This document shows, one piece after another, positions 15,896 to 21,980 of a stretch of 24,000 nucleotides of DNA. Numbering within the stretch: the stretch's first letter is position 1; every line of letters begins with the position of its first letter. A program made the translations under genes and the position numbers. The DNA is from Roseofilum capinflatum BLCC-M114. GTDB lineage: Bacteria; Cyanobacteriota; Cyanobacteriia; Cyanobacteriales; Desertifilaceae. The stretch covers positions 219,541 to 243,540 of the forward strand of contig NZ_JAQOSO010000055.1 of the NCBI RefSeq assembly GCF_030068505.1, written 5' to 3'. The notes beneath the pieces were generated by a model that searched no databases, was not told the origin of the DNA, and saw nothing but the letters and a program-made list of their open reading frames with translations.

Positions 15896-16981
15896 TTATT
15901 TGCCCTTCATTTGCTTGGCTTGTTCTAGGGCAATTTCTTTTAGAGCCTCAGAAGATTTACTGCTCGATGTTCCTTCAATGGCTTTCACGGCTAAATCTTG
16001 TACCTGTTTCAAGGCAGAATCTAATTGTTTGGAGAGATTCTGAATCCGGCTTTCTTGATTCTGGATAGTTTCGGATAAGCCTTGTAAGCGCAATTCATAG
16101 ATTTTCTTCTGGCTTTCGATTTCTTGAGCGCGAAGATCGGCTTTAACCTTAACTTGATACTGGCCAATATTGCGACCGTTTTCTTTACCGCGTTTAATGT
16201 TCTGTTCCAATTCTTGCGGAAAGGCTTCGACTTTAGCTTTGGCTTCAGTATAGGCTTTTTCCCGTTCGGCGATCGCCTCTTCCCGCTCTTGCCAAGCTTG
16301 CTCTTGGGTTTCCCGTAACTCCACCAGCTCTTGCTCTAACTGCTCTCGCCCTTGTTGGTAGGCTTCTTCATCCAATTTGCGTTGCAGTTGCAAGTTATAG
16401 TTATAAGTCTCTGCGTCCCTAGTTTGTTGCGTCTGGGTGGCTTGGTTGCGCTCTTGAATTTCCCGTTGATGGGTTTGCTGCTCTTTTTGCCACACTTGCC
16501 GCGCTTCGGCTAAACGCTGCTCTAGGGTTTCTCGCTGTTCCTCCCATTCCCGCTCAAAGGTTTTCGCCTGGGTTTGATATTGCTCGATCAACTCATCTAA
16601 AGTCGTCTCGGAAACTTCTAAATCATATAACTGTTGCAATTGCTCCTGTTCTAAGTTTACCTGTTCTTCAACAGCTTCCAGTTGACTGGCTTCTTTTAAC
16701 AGTTTTTCGGAGAGTTCATTTAAGGCTCCACCAAACGTAGCTTGAATTTTCCCTAAGTCTTGCAAGACTTTTTTCATAGGCTCAGAAACTCGATCGGTCA
16801 CTCGATTAACTGAGTTTTGGGCACTGGGATGTTCAATGACAGGGGTAGGTTTCACGAGGGGTTGTTGTGGTTGTGGGGTTTGCGATGCTTGCTTTTCTAG
16901 CTCTTTTTTCTCTTGTAGCAATTCTTGATAAGCTTCGAGAATTTCGGCTTTGGTATTGCGATTTGTGGGTTTTTTGGCCAT
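15896..16981 (-). CDS. Coiled-coil-rich protein, paralog 1 (function unknown)
   Basis: 361 aa, strongly rich in E/Q/K/R/L with heptad character throughout. No P-loop, TM helix or signal peptide. Collinear with the upstream neighbour (see findings). Confidence 0.8.
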   Translation of the reverse strand: MAKKPTNRNTKAEILEAYQELLQEKKELEKQASQTPQPQQPLVKPTPVIEHPSAQNSVNRVTDRVSEPMKKVLQDLGKIQATFGGALNELSEKLLKEASQLEAVEEQVNLEQEQLQQLYDLEVSETTLDELIEQYQTQAKTFEREWEEQRETLEQRLAEARQVWQKEQQTHQREIQERNQATQTQQTRDAETYNYNLQLQRKLDEEAYQQGREQLEQELVELRETQEQAWQEREEAIAEREKAYTEAKAKVEAFPQELEQNIKRGKENGRNIGQYQVKVKADLRAQEIESQKKIYELRLQGLSETIQNQESRIQNLSKQLDSALKQVQDLAVKAIEGTSSSKSSEALKEIALEQAKQMKGK

Positions 16982-17006
16982 GGTGAAAATTTATCAATAC
17001 GTGGGT

Positions 17007-17190
17007 GGAAATTGTGCCCTCTCCCTATATCCCTCTCCCACAGGAGAGGGACTTCTTCCCCCCTTCTCCTGCGGGAGAAGGGGCTGGGGGATGAGGGGAA
17101 GTTGTGCCCTCTCCCTATATCCCTCTCCCACAGGAGAGGGACTTCTTCCCCCCTTCTCCTGCGGGAGAAGGGGCTGGGGGATGAGGGGAA
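17007..17190. repeat. Tandem direct repeat, 2 x 90 bp (one mismatch), each unit carrying two strong hairpins
   Basis: Period is 90 (17012 aligns with 17102). The only difference is A17011 versus G17101. In unit 1: TCCCTCTCC-caca-GGAGAGGGA (17030-17051) and CCCCTTCTCC-tgcg-GGAGAAGGGG (17060-17083). Confidence 0.95.
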
Positions 17191-17192
17191 AA

Positions 17193-18170
17193 TTATTGAT
17201 TACCAGAACTGGAAAAAGCTCGCATTGCTAATTCTTTGGCTTGATTCACAGCAGCTTGCAGTTGTTCGGAAAGGGCGGTGATTTCTTCGGTTTGCCGTTC
17301 GATGGTTTTTTCTAAGGATTGCACTTGCAATTCGTATCCCTGTTGAATACCTGTCCATTCTTTTTCTAACAAGTCAGATTTAACTTTGCCTTCACGGTTA
17401 GCGTCTTGAATGGCTTCTTCTTTGGCTTTTGTATAAGCTTGTTTGAGTTCTTCTTCGTAACCGGCAATTTTTTGGCAAGATTCGGTGTATTCAGCTTCTT
17501 GAGCGCTGAGGACTTTTTCTCGCTGTTGCCAGTCTTTTTCGAGGTGTTGTTGACGTTGGTGAAGTTCGTGTTCGAGTTGCCGTTTGCGCTCTTCGTAGTC
17601 GTCTGAGTCCATTTGACGCACGCGCTCTAGTTCATATTGATAGTCGGTTTCTTGACGCTGGCGATCGCGGTTAATTTGTTCCGTTTTTTCCGCTAGAGCG
17701 CTTTCATATTCTTGTTGTTCTTTTAACCAGGCTTTCCGCACCGAGTCCTGTTGCTTTTGTAATTCTTCTTCCTGGCTGGTGATTTGAGCCTCAAAGGTGT
17801 TCACTTTGGCGTTATGCTCTTGAGTCAAAAGATGCAGAGCATCAGCGACGACACGGAGATTTTTCAGGTCTTGTAATTGCTCCTGTTTAACTGAAATAGC
17901 CTGATTGATTTCCTTGAGCTTATCCGTTTCTGTAGAGAGCTTCTCGGTTAACTGCTCGATGGTATCCCCTAAGTCTAACTGGAGTGTGGCTAATCCTGTA
18001 ACTAGGCGATCGCGGCTATAACCTGAAACCTTAGCCACAACTTGCTGATTCTGTTCCCGTTGCGCCTCTTGTTCCTTCGTCTCCACCCGCACATTGGGGG
18101 ATTTTCTTTCATTGACGATCTTCTCGAACGCTTGCATTAACTGACTTTTACTCGATGATGTGGGAGTCAT
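17193..18170 (-). CDS. Coiled-coil-rich protein, paralog 2 (function unknown)
   Basis: Preferred start is the ATG at 18170 (MTPTSSSKSQLMQAFEKIVNERK...), with GAGGA about 8 nt upstream. This N-terminus aligns with paralog 1 (TKAEILEAYQELLQEKK). The track's longer start at 18296 would run into a 13-bp-stem hairpin in repeat DNA. Confidence 0.78.
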   Translation of the reverse strand: MTPTSSSKSQLMQAFEKIVNERKSPNVRVETKEQEAQREQNQQVVAKVSGYSRDRLVTGLATLQLDLGDTIEQLTEKLSTETDKLKEINQAISVKQEQLQDLKNLRVVADALHLLTQEHNAKVNTFEAQITSQEEELQKQQDSVRKAWLKEQQEYESALAEKTEQINRDRQRQETDYQYELERVRQMDSDDYEERKRQLEHELHQRQQHLEKDWQQREKVLSAQEAEYTESCQKIAGYEEELKQAYTKAKEEAIQDANREGKVKSDLLEKEWTGIQQGYELQVQSLEKTIERQTEEITALSEQLQAAVNQAKELAMRAFSSSGNQ

Positions 18171-18269
18171 TACCGTAGTCCTCACAGACTTGATATTTTC
18201 ATCAACATCATCACTATATCTTTTATTGAATTTTAAGTCAACCCCCTTTTTCGAGAGACCGCCAAAATA

Positions 18270-18319
18270 GGAGTGCGTAGCGTGTCCGCAGGACAAACGT
18301 CTCGCTCGCTACGCACTCC
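18270..18319. repeat. 13-bp perfect inverted repeat hairpin
   Basis: GGAGTGCGTAGCG (18270-18282) ... CGCTACGCACTCC (18307-18319), with a 24-nt loop. Confidence 0.75.
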
Positions 18320-18333
18320 TAAAACACCCAATC

Positions 18334-18499
18334 ATATCAAGTTCGCTTATTCATGTCCGCGAAGCGGAAATACCCTAATTAAAAATCCAGGGAGCAAGAT
18401 GCTCCCACTCCAGTCATATCAAAGAATTCGAGGAGTGCGGGCATCTTGCCCGCTTCTTAACAAATTTTCATGTCCGCTTGCGGAAACCGGACTTGATAT
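18334..18499. mobile_element. MITE-like element (about 166 bp) with ATATCAAGTYCG terminal inverted repeats
   Basis: Left ATATCAAGTTCG (18334-18345); right CGGACTTGATAT (18488-18499). Two copies of the TTCATGTCCGC-(GAA/TT)-GCGGAAA module (18350-18370, 18467-18486). Internal hairpins GGGAGCA-aga-TGCTCCC and GCGGGCA-tct-TGCCCGC. No coding capacity. Confidence 0.6.
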
Positions 18500-18515
18500 C
18501 AGATGAAACAGCCAA

Positions 18516-19130
18516 CTAGACTTCTTGCATAATTCCCAGGAGCATCCGCAATAAACTGTCTAAATCTGCGGGAACCCGATAGAGATTAATATCCGCATGA
18601 ATACACTGTTGCTTCCGTTGCAAAACAGCAAACTTCCAAATATCCCCCGTCGCCACCGCACCATAAAGGCAGGGAACCTCTAGATTTGTCCAGCTATCCA
18701 TGGCAATGAGTTCAACCGCCAACTGAGTCATTCCTCTAGGCATATCTGCATTGTTCGCTTCCACCACTAATAAATGAGTCCGAGAGATTAGCAAATAATC
18801 AAGGGTTCCTTTCAAAAAATTATTCACCATCACCGGATACTCGATTTTTAGCTTCGACCCAGATAAACGGCAAACCTCTAGTAAGGTTGGCGCAATCAAC
18901 ACCTCTCGACGAGCAATTTCACTCGTCAGATCCACGCAGAGCAAATCTTGCTCCAATCTTTCTTTCAATGCTTTACAGTCTAAATGGCCAGAAAATTTTG
19001 GAAGTGCAAGGGCAGCCTTCTCTAAACCAAAACCCAGCTCTGCCAGAATATCTTCAGGGTCAAAGGTCAGTTCAGCATATCGGCTAAAGGTGTAACTTTC
19101 TTCTAGATTGAGAATAGGAGGTTTAGTCAT
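18516..19130 (-). CDS. PD-(D/E)xK-fold, HsdR-N-terminal-like nuclease-family protein (possibly catalytically degenerate)
   Basis: 204 aa. EIARREVLIAPTLLEV...LKGTLDYLLISRTHLLVVEANNADMPRGMTQLAVELIA resembles the cyanobacterial restriction-endonuclease-like family (D...E-x-K). The usual Lys position reads Asn (VEAN). Assigned by eye only. Confidence 0.5.
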   Translation of the reverse strand: MTKPPILNLEESYTFSRYAELTFDPEDILAELGFGLEKAALALPKFSGHLDCKALKERLEQDLLCVDLTSEIARREVLIAPTLLEVCRLSGSKLKIEYPVMVNNFLKGTLDYLLISRTHLLVVEANNADMPRGMTQLAVELIAMDSWTNLEVPCLYGAVATGDIWKFAVLQRKQQCIHADINLYRVPADLDSLLRMLLGIMQEV

Positions 19131-19148
19131 CTTCGGTTTATCCTAAAC

Positions 19149-19490
19149 TTAAGAACATAAAATTGTGGCGATCGCCTCCTCCAAATCTGTCTTCGATAAG
19201 CTCGTCACAATAAACACCTCTTGCACCGTCTTCCCCTGCCGAGCAATCAGCTTAAACCCGCCCCGAATCGGAACCGAAACCTTCAACTTCATATGGGGCA
19301 TATGGCTTTTCACCCGACCAATCACCCCTGGAGTCACCGTAGACACCCCCTCATAGGTTGTCAACTCCTCCAAAATCGGAATCAACCCCTCTAAATGGGT
19401 CGAATGATTCCACACCAGACGGCCCGAAGATTCACCAGACTTCGAGGGAGCCTCAGAGCGTTGTACCTTCTTTTTCTTCTTCTTACCCAC
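19149..19490 (-). CDS. Small conserved hypothetical protein with a poly-Lys N-terminus
   Basis: 113 aa. MGKKKKKKVQRSE..., then HSTHLEGLIPILEEL...VTPGVIGRVKSH...VSVPIRGGFKLIARQGKTVQEVFIV. Spaced 19 nt after clpS and 18 nt before the next gene. It may be DUF2103-like, but I cannot verify that. Confidence 0.55.
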   Translation of the reverse strand: MGKKKKKKVQRSEAPSKSGESSGRLVWNHSTHLEGLIPILEELTTYEGVSTVTPGVIGRVKSHMPHMKLKVSVPIRGGFKLIARQGKTVQEVFIVTSLSKTDLEEAIATILCS

Positions 19491-19509
19491 GCTCGTTGCT
19501 CCCCATCCC

Positions 19510-19836
19510 TCAAGCCTTTTCCAAAGGAGCCATGGTTAAACCGGCCCGACTCAACTGCTGATGATACAATTCAGCCGGTTCCTGGGGGCCAACCCAAACC
19601 GTGGCTTGTCCCTCATAGTGGACTTGATTGGTTAGCTCCCAAGCCAAATCACTCGTCATGCCTGGAATATACTTCACCAGACAATCATGGACATGCTGAA
19701 ACGTATTCACATCATCATTGAGGACAATGACTTTGTAATTCGGATAAGGCTTACGGATAACCTGGCCCGACTTTTCAGGGGCCTCGGTTGGAGCGGCTGC
19801 CATATTGCGAATCGTAGGCGAAAGTACCGGATTCAT
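19510..19836 (-). CDS. clpS: ATP-dependent Clp protease adaptor ClpS
   Basis: YKVIVLNDDVNTFQHVHDCLVKYIPGMTSDLAWELTNQVHYEGQATVWVGPQEPAELYHQQL is the ClpS core. The first ATG is at 19836; the track's start at 19851 is a TTG. Confidence 0.88.
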   Translation of the reverse strand: MNPVLSPTIRNMAAAPTEAPEKSGQVIRKPYPNYKVIVLNDDVNTFQHVHDCLVKYIPGMTSDLAWELTNQVHYEGQATVWVGPQEPAELYHQQLSRAGLTMAPLEKA

Positions 19837-19953
19837 AGACCGTATTTGCAAACTTATCGACAGAGGAGATTAAAATTAATTGCACTACTCTAATTTAATT
19901 ATAGCGATCGCAGGGTAAGCAGGGCAAGAGTTGTCCAAGCAAATGCGATCGCC

Positions 19954-19981
19954 CATTCCCTATTCCCGATTCCCTAATTAT
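19954..19981. repeat. STRR-like heptamer array (NATTCCC, the complement of GGGAATN) upstream of the Uma2 gene
   Basis: CATTCCC TATTCCC GATTCCC TAATTAT. Confidence 0.65.
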
Positions 19982-20010
19982 CATATTAGAAGTTATTACC
20001 TCTAAATCCT

Positions 20011-20697
20011 ATGACTTCCTTGCTCTGCGAGCCTACCCAAAATGAACTGCCCTTGCAACTGTGGGAACCCTCTAGTTGGGACAACTATCAAGCCTGGCGG
20101 GATAGCGATCGCCCGGAACGGATCAAGTTATACTACTACCAAAATAAACTCTTAGTCGAAATGGGTTCAGAAGGAATTAATCACTCTAGCATCGGCGATC
20201 TATTTACCATGCTCTTTCTGCTCTGGTTCAATCAGAAGCAAAAACAAACCTTTAGCTCTTTTGGCGGCTGCTTGCTCGAAAAAGCCAACCAAAGCTCGGC
20301 TGCACCCGATCTGGTTCTCTATATCGGCGAAAATTATCCCACTTGGCATCCTGGCGAAAGACGCTATATTGATTTAGATCGCTGGCGAGTTCCCGATTTA
20401 GTCGGCGAGATTTCAGAGATCACCCTATCGAGTGATTTAGATGAGAAAAAGCACTTATATGCCTCTTTAGGCATTCCTGAATATTGGGTGATTGATGTCA
20501 TTGGACGACGAGTGTTTGCCTTTCAGTTACAAGAAAATAACCGATATAAAGAATGCGATCGATCTCAGGCATTATCCGGTTTACCCATCGATCTTCTAGA
20601 ACAGTCCCTGAGCCGTTTACAAGAAGCCAGTAATGGAGCTGTTGCGTCTTGGTTTTCCGAGCAAATTCAATCTACGGTAATAGGTAATGGGGAATAG
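20011..20697 (+). CDS. Uma2-family (DUF820) putative restriction-endonuclease-like protein
   Basis: 228 aa. PDLVLYIGEN...VPDLVGEISEITLSSDLDEKKHLYASLGIPEYWVIDV matches the Uma2 D...E.S...K...Y...EYW signature. Confidence 0.85.
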   Translation: MTSLLCEPTQNELPLQLWEPSSWDNYQAWRDSDRPERIKLYYYQNKLLVEMGSEGINHSSIGDLFTMLFLLWFNQKQKQTFSSFGGCLLEKANQSSAAPDLVLYIGENYPTWHPGERRYIDLDRWRVPDLVGEISEITLSSDLDEKKHLYASLGIPEYWVIDVIGRRVFAFQLQENNRYKECDRSQALSGLPIDLLEQSLSRLQEASNGAVASWFSEQIQSTVIGNGE

Positions 20698-20710
20698 GTA
20701 ATAGGAAAAT
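20676..20710. repeat. STRR-like heptamer array (GGTAATA/GGGAATA) spanning the Uma2 stop codon
   Basis: GGTAATA GGTAATG GGGAATA GGTAATA GGAAAAT. Its orientation is inverse to the array at 19954-19981. Confidence 0.7.
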
Positions 20711-20748
20711 CATTTTTTACACTATAATCTTCTATTACCTGGACTATC

Positions 20749-20991
20749 ATGAAACCCCATTCCTTTCTCATCAGTTTATTAGTTGTGATGGCTGTTATTT
20801 TAGGTGTGCTATCCTTTCCCAGTTTCGGTCAATCTGACCCACCCGAACCCATTAATCCGAATCCGCGCTCTCCTGATGTGCAAATGTTATCCCAAGAAGT
20901 GCGCCAGCTCCATCAACAAGTGCGCCAGCTAGAATCCCAGGTCAGATCCTTAGAATCTAAGGTGCGGTCTTTGGAATTTTCCATCCGTTAG
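20749..20991 (+). CDS. Small secreted heptad-repeat (coiled-coil) protein
   Basis: 80 aa. Signal-like N-terminus MKPHSFLISLLVVMAVILGVLSFPSFG, then four 7-aa units VRQLHQQ VRQLESQ VRSLESK VRSLEFS encoded by 4 x 21-nt DNA repeats (20899-20982). Confidence 0.6.
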   Translation: MKPHSFLISLLVVMAVILGVLSFPSFGQSDPPEPINPNPRSPDVQMLSQEVRQLHQQVRQLESQVRSLESKVRSLEFSIR

Positions 20992-21012
20992 AAGTCCATC
21001 CCATTTGCGATC

Positions 21013-21591
21013 GTGAATACCCCCAGTCATGCCATCTTAAACTTGACCGCCTTGGGAAAAGGCAATGTTCCAGAGTACAACCTGTTAATTGTATTATCTG
21101 GAATTGTGCCAGACGTGCCCATTTTCCTATTTTACGGTTGGGCAAAACTGATCCAAAAGCTCCCTGAATCAACCATTTGGTCAGAAGCTTATTATGGCGA
21201 AGGGTGGCAAACGGCGATCGCCCTGTTTCATTCCATCCCCCTAGCTGCCATTGCCCTCCTGATTGGCTATTGGCTCAATTGGCAGCCCTTACAAGTCTTT
21301 TCCCTCGGTTTAATCGGTCACTCTCTCCTCGATTTACCCGTCCATCATGACGATGCTCACCGCCATTTCTTCCCCTTCAGCAACTATCGCTTCATCAGTC
21401 CGTTCTCCTATTGGAATCCTGCCCATTATGGAGTCTGGGTTTCTGCCATAGAAATCCTTTTAGTCATAGGAGGAACCCTTTATTGCTGGTCTTTTGTTCA
21501 GTCTTGGGTCGGTAAAATTTTGATGCTTGTGGTCAATACTGCCTATGTTATCTTGTGGTTTCTATTCTATTTTAGGTTGATTATTTCTTAA
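21013..21591 (+). CDS. Membrane-bound metal-dependent hydrolase-like protein (DUF457/YdjM-like)
   Basis: 192 aa with a GTG start. Polytopic, with His/Asp clusters MNTPSHAI, VPDVP, FHSIP and GHSLLDLPVHHDDAHRHFFPF that resemble the YdjM family. Confidence 0.55.
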   Translation: MNTPSHAILNLTALGKGNVPEYNLLIVLSGIVPDVPIFLFYGWAKLIQKLPESTIWSEAYYGEGWQTAIALFHSIPLAAIALLIGYWLNWQPLQVFSLGLIGHSLLDLPVHHDDAHRHFFPFSNYRFISPFSYWNPAHYGVWVSAIEILLVIGGTLYCWSFVQSWVGKILMLVVNTAYVILWFLFYFRLIIS

Positions 21592-21636
21592 GAGTGATAT
21601 CAAGTCCAATTAAACCACTATAATTACCCATCATCA

Positions 21637-21948
21637 TAGGGTGGGCAGGAGAATAAGCCACATCATATCAAGTCCGTTGGATCAGTTATAGTAAGTCATT
21701 GCGTTAGCGAAGCTTGCGCGAAGCGCGAATGGAACGAAGTGGAATGAAGCAATCTCCCTTATCCCGGTAAACTCGGCGTTTCCGCTTCGCGGACATGAAA
21801 AGCGAAGCTTGCGCGTTTCCGCTTCGCGGACATGAAAGCGAAGCTTGCGTGAAACGTAAAGCGCGAATGCTTCCCTGCGGTCGCAATGACAACTATTCAA
21901 ACGGACATGATATCATTCAAATTCAACAAACAGACCCTGCCCACCCTA
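21637..21948. repeat. 13-bp perfect inverted repeat bracketing the MITE at 21665-21913
   Basis: TAGGGTGGGCAGG (21637-21649) and CCTGCCCACCCTA (21936-21948). Confidence 0.7.
21665..21913. mobile_element. MITE-like element (about 249 bp) of the same ATATCAAGTCCG family, with about 40-nt imperfect TIRs and an internal 37-nt tandem duplication
   Basis: Left end ATATCAAGTCCGTTGGATCAGTT...GTCATTGCG. The right end, reverse-complemented, reads ATATCATGTCCGTTTGAATAGTTGTCATTGCG. Internal tandem GCGTTTCCGCTTCGCGGACATGAAA(A)GCGAAGCTTGC x2 (21776-21812, 21813-21848) carries two reverse-orientation copies of the TTCATGTCCGCGAAGCGGAAA module. A solo terminus ATATCAAGTCC lies at 21597-21607. Confidence 0.6.
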
Positions 21949-21980
21949 CTGTTCTGGTCTAACCCAATAAGGATTGGAGA

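Noticed and set aside
17007-17190. CRISPR array?
   Set aside because: There are only two directly abutting units with no spacers. The units are 90 bp long, and no cas genes or leader are present. The same reasoning applies to the 37-nt tandem at 21776-21848.
16925-17281. Track ORFs 16925..17281(+) and 16950..17231(+) with internally repeated peptide sequence
   Set aside because: They are translations of the 2 x 90-bp hairpin repeat, antisense to the gene run, with no start context.
18171-18296. Longer N-terminus (start 18296) for coiled-coil paralog 2
   Set aside because: The extension (MSCGHATHSYFGG...) is non-coiled and has no counterpart in paralog 1. It starts inside the 18270-18319 hairpin repeat. 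The ATG at 18170 has a GAGGA upstream and aligns with the paralog 1 N-terminus.
18273-18506. 77-aa plus-strand ORF; also 21682..21900(-) and 21704..21892(-)
   Set aside because: These are read-throughs of MITE and palindromic repeat DNA. The same peptide fragments (FSCPRSGN) arise from repeat copies in different contexts.
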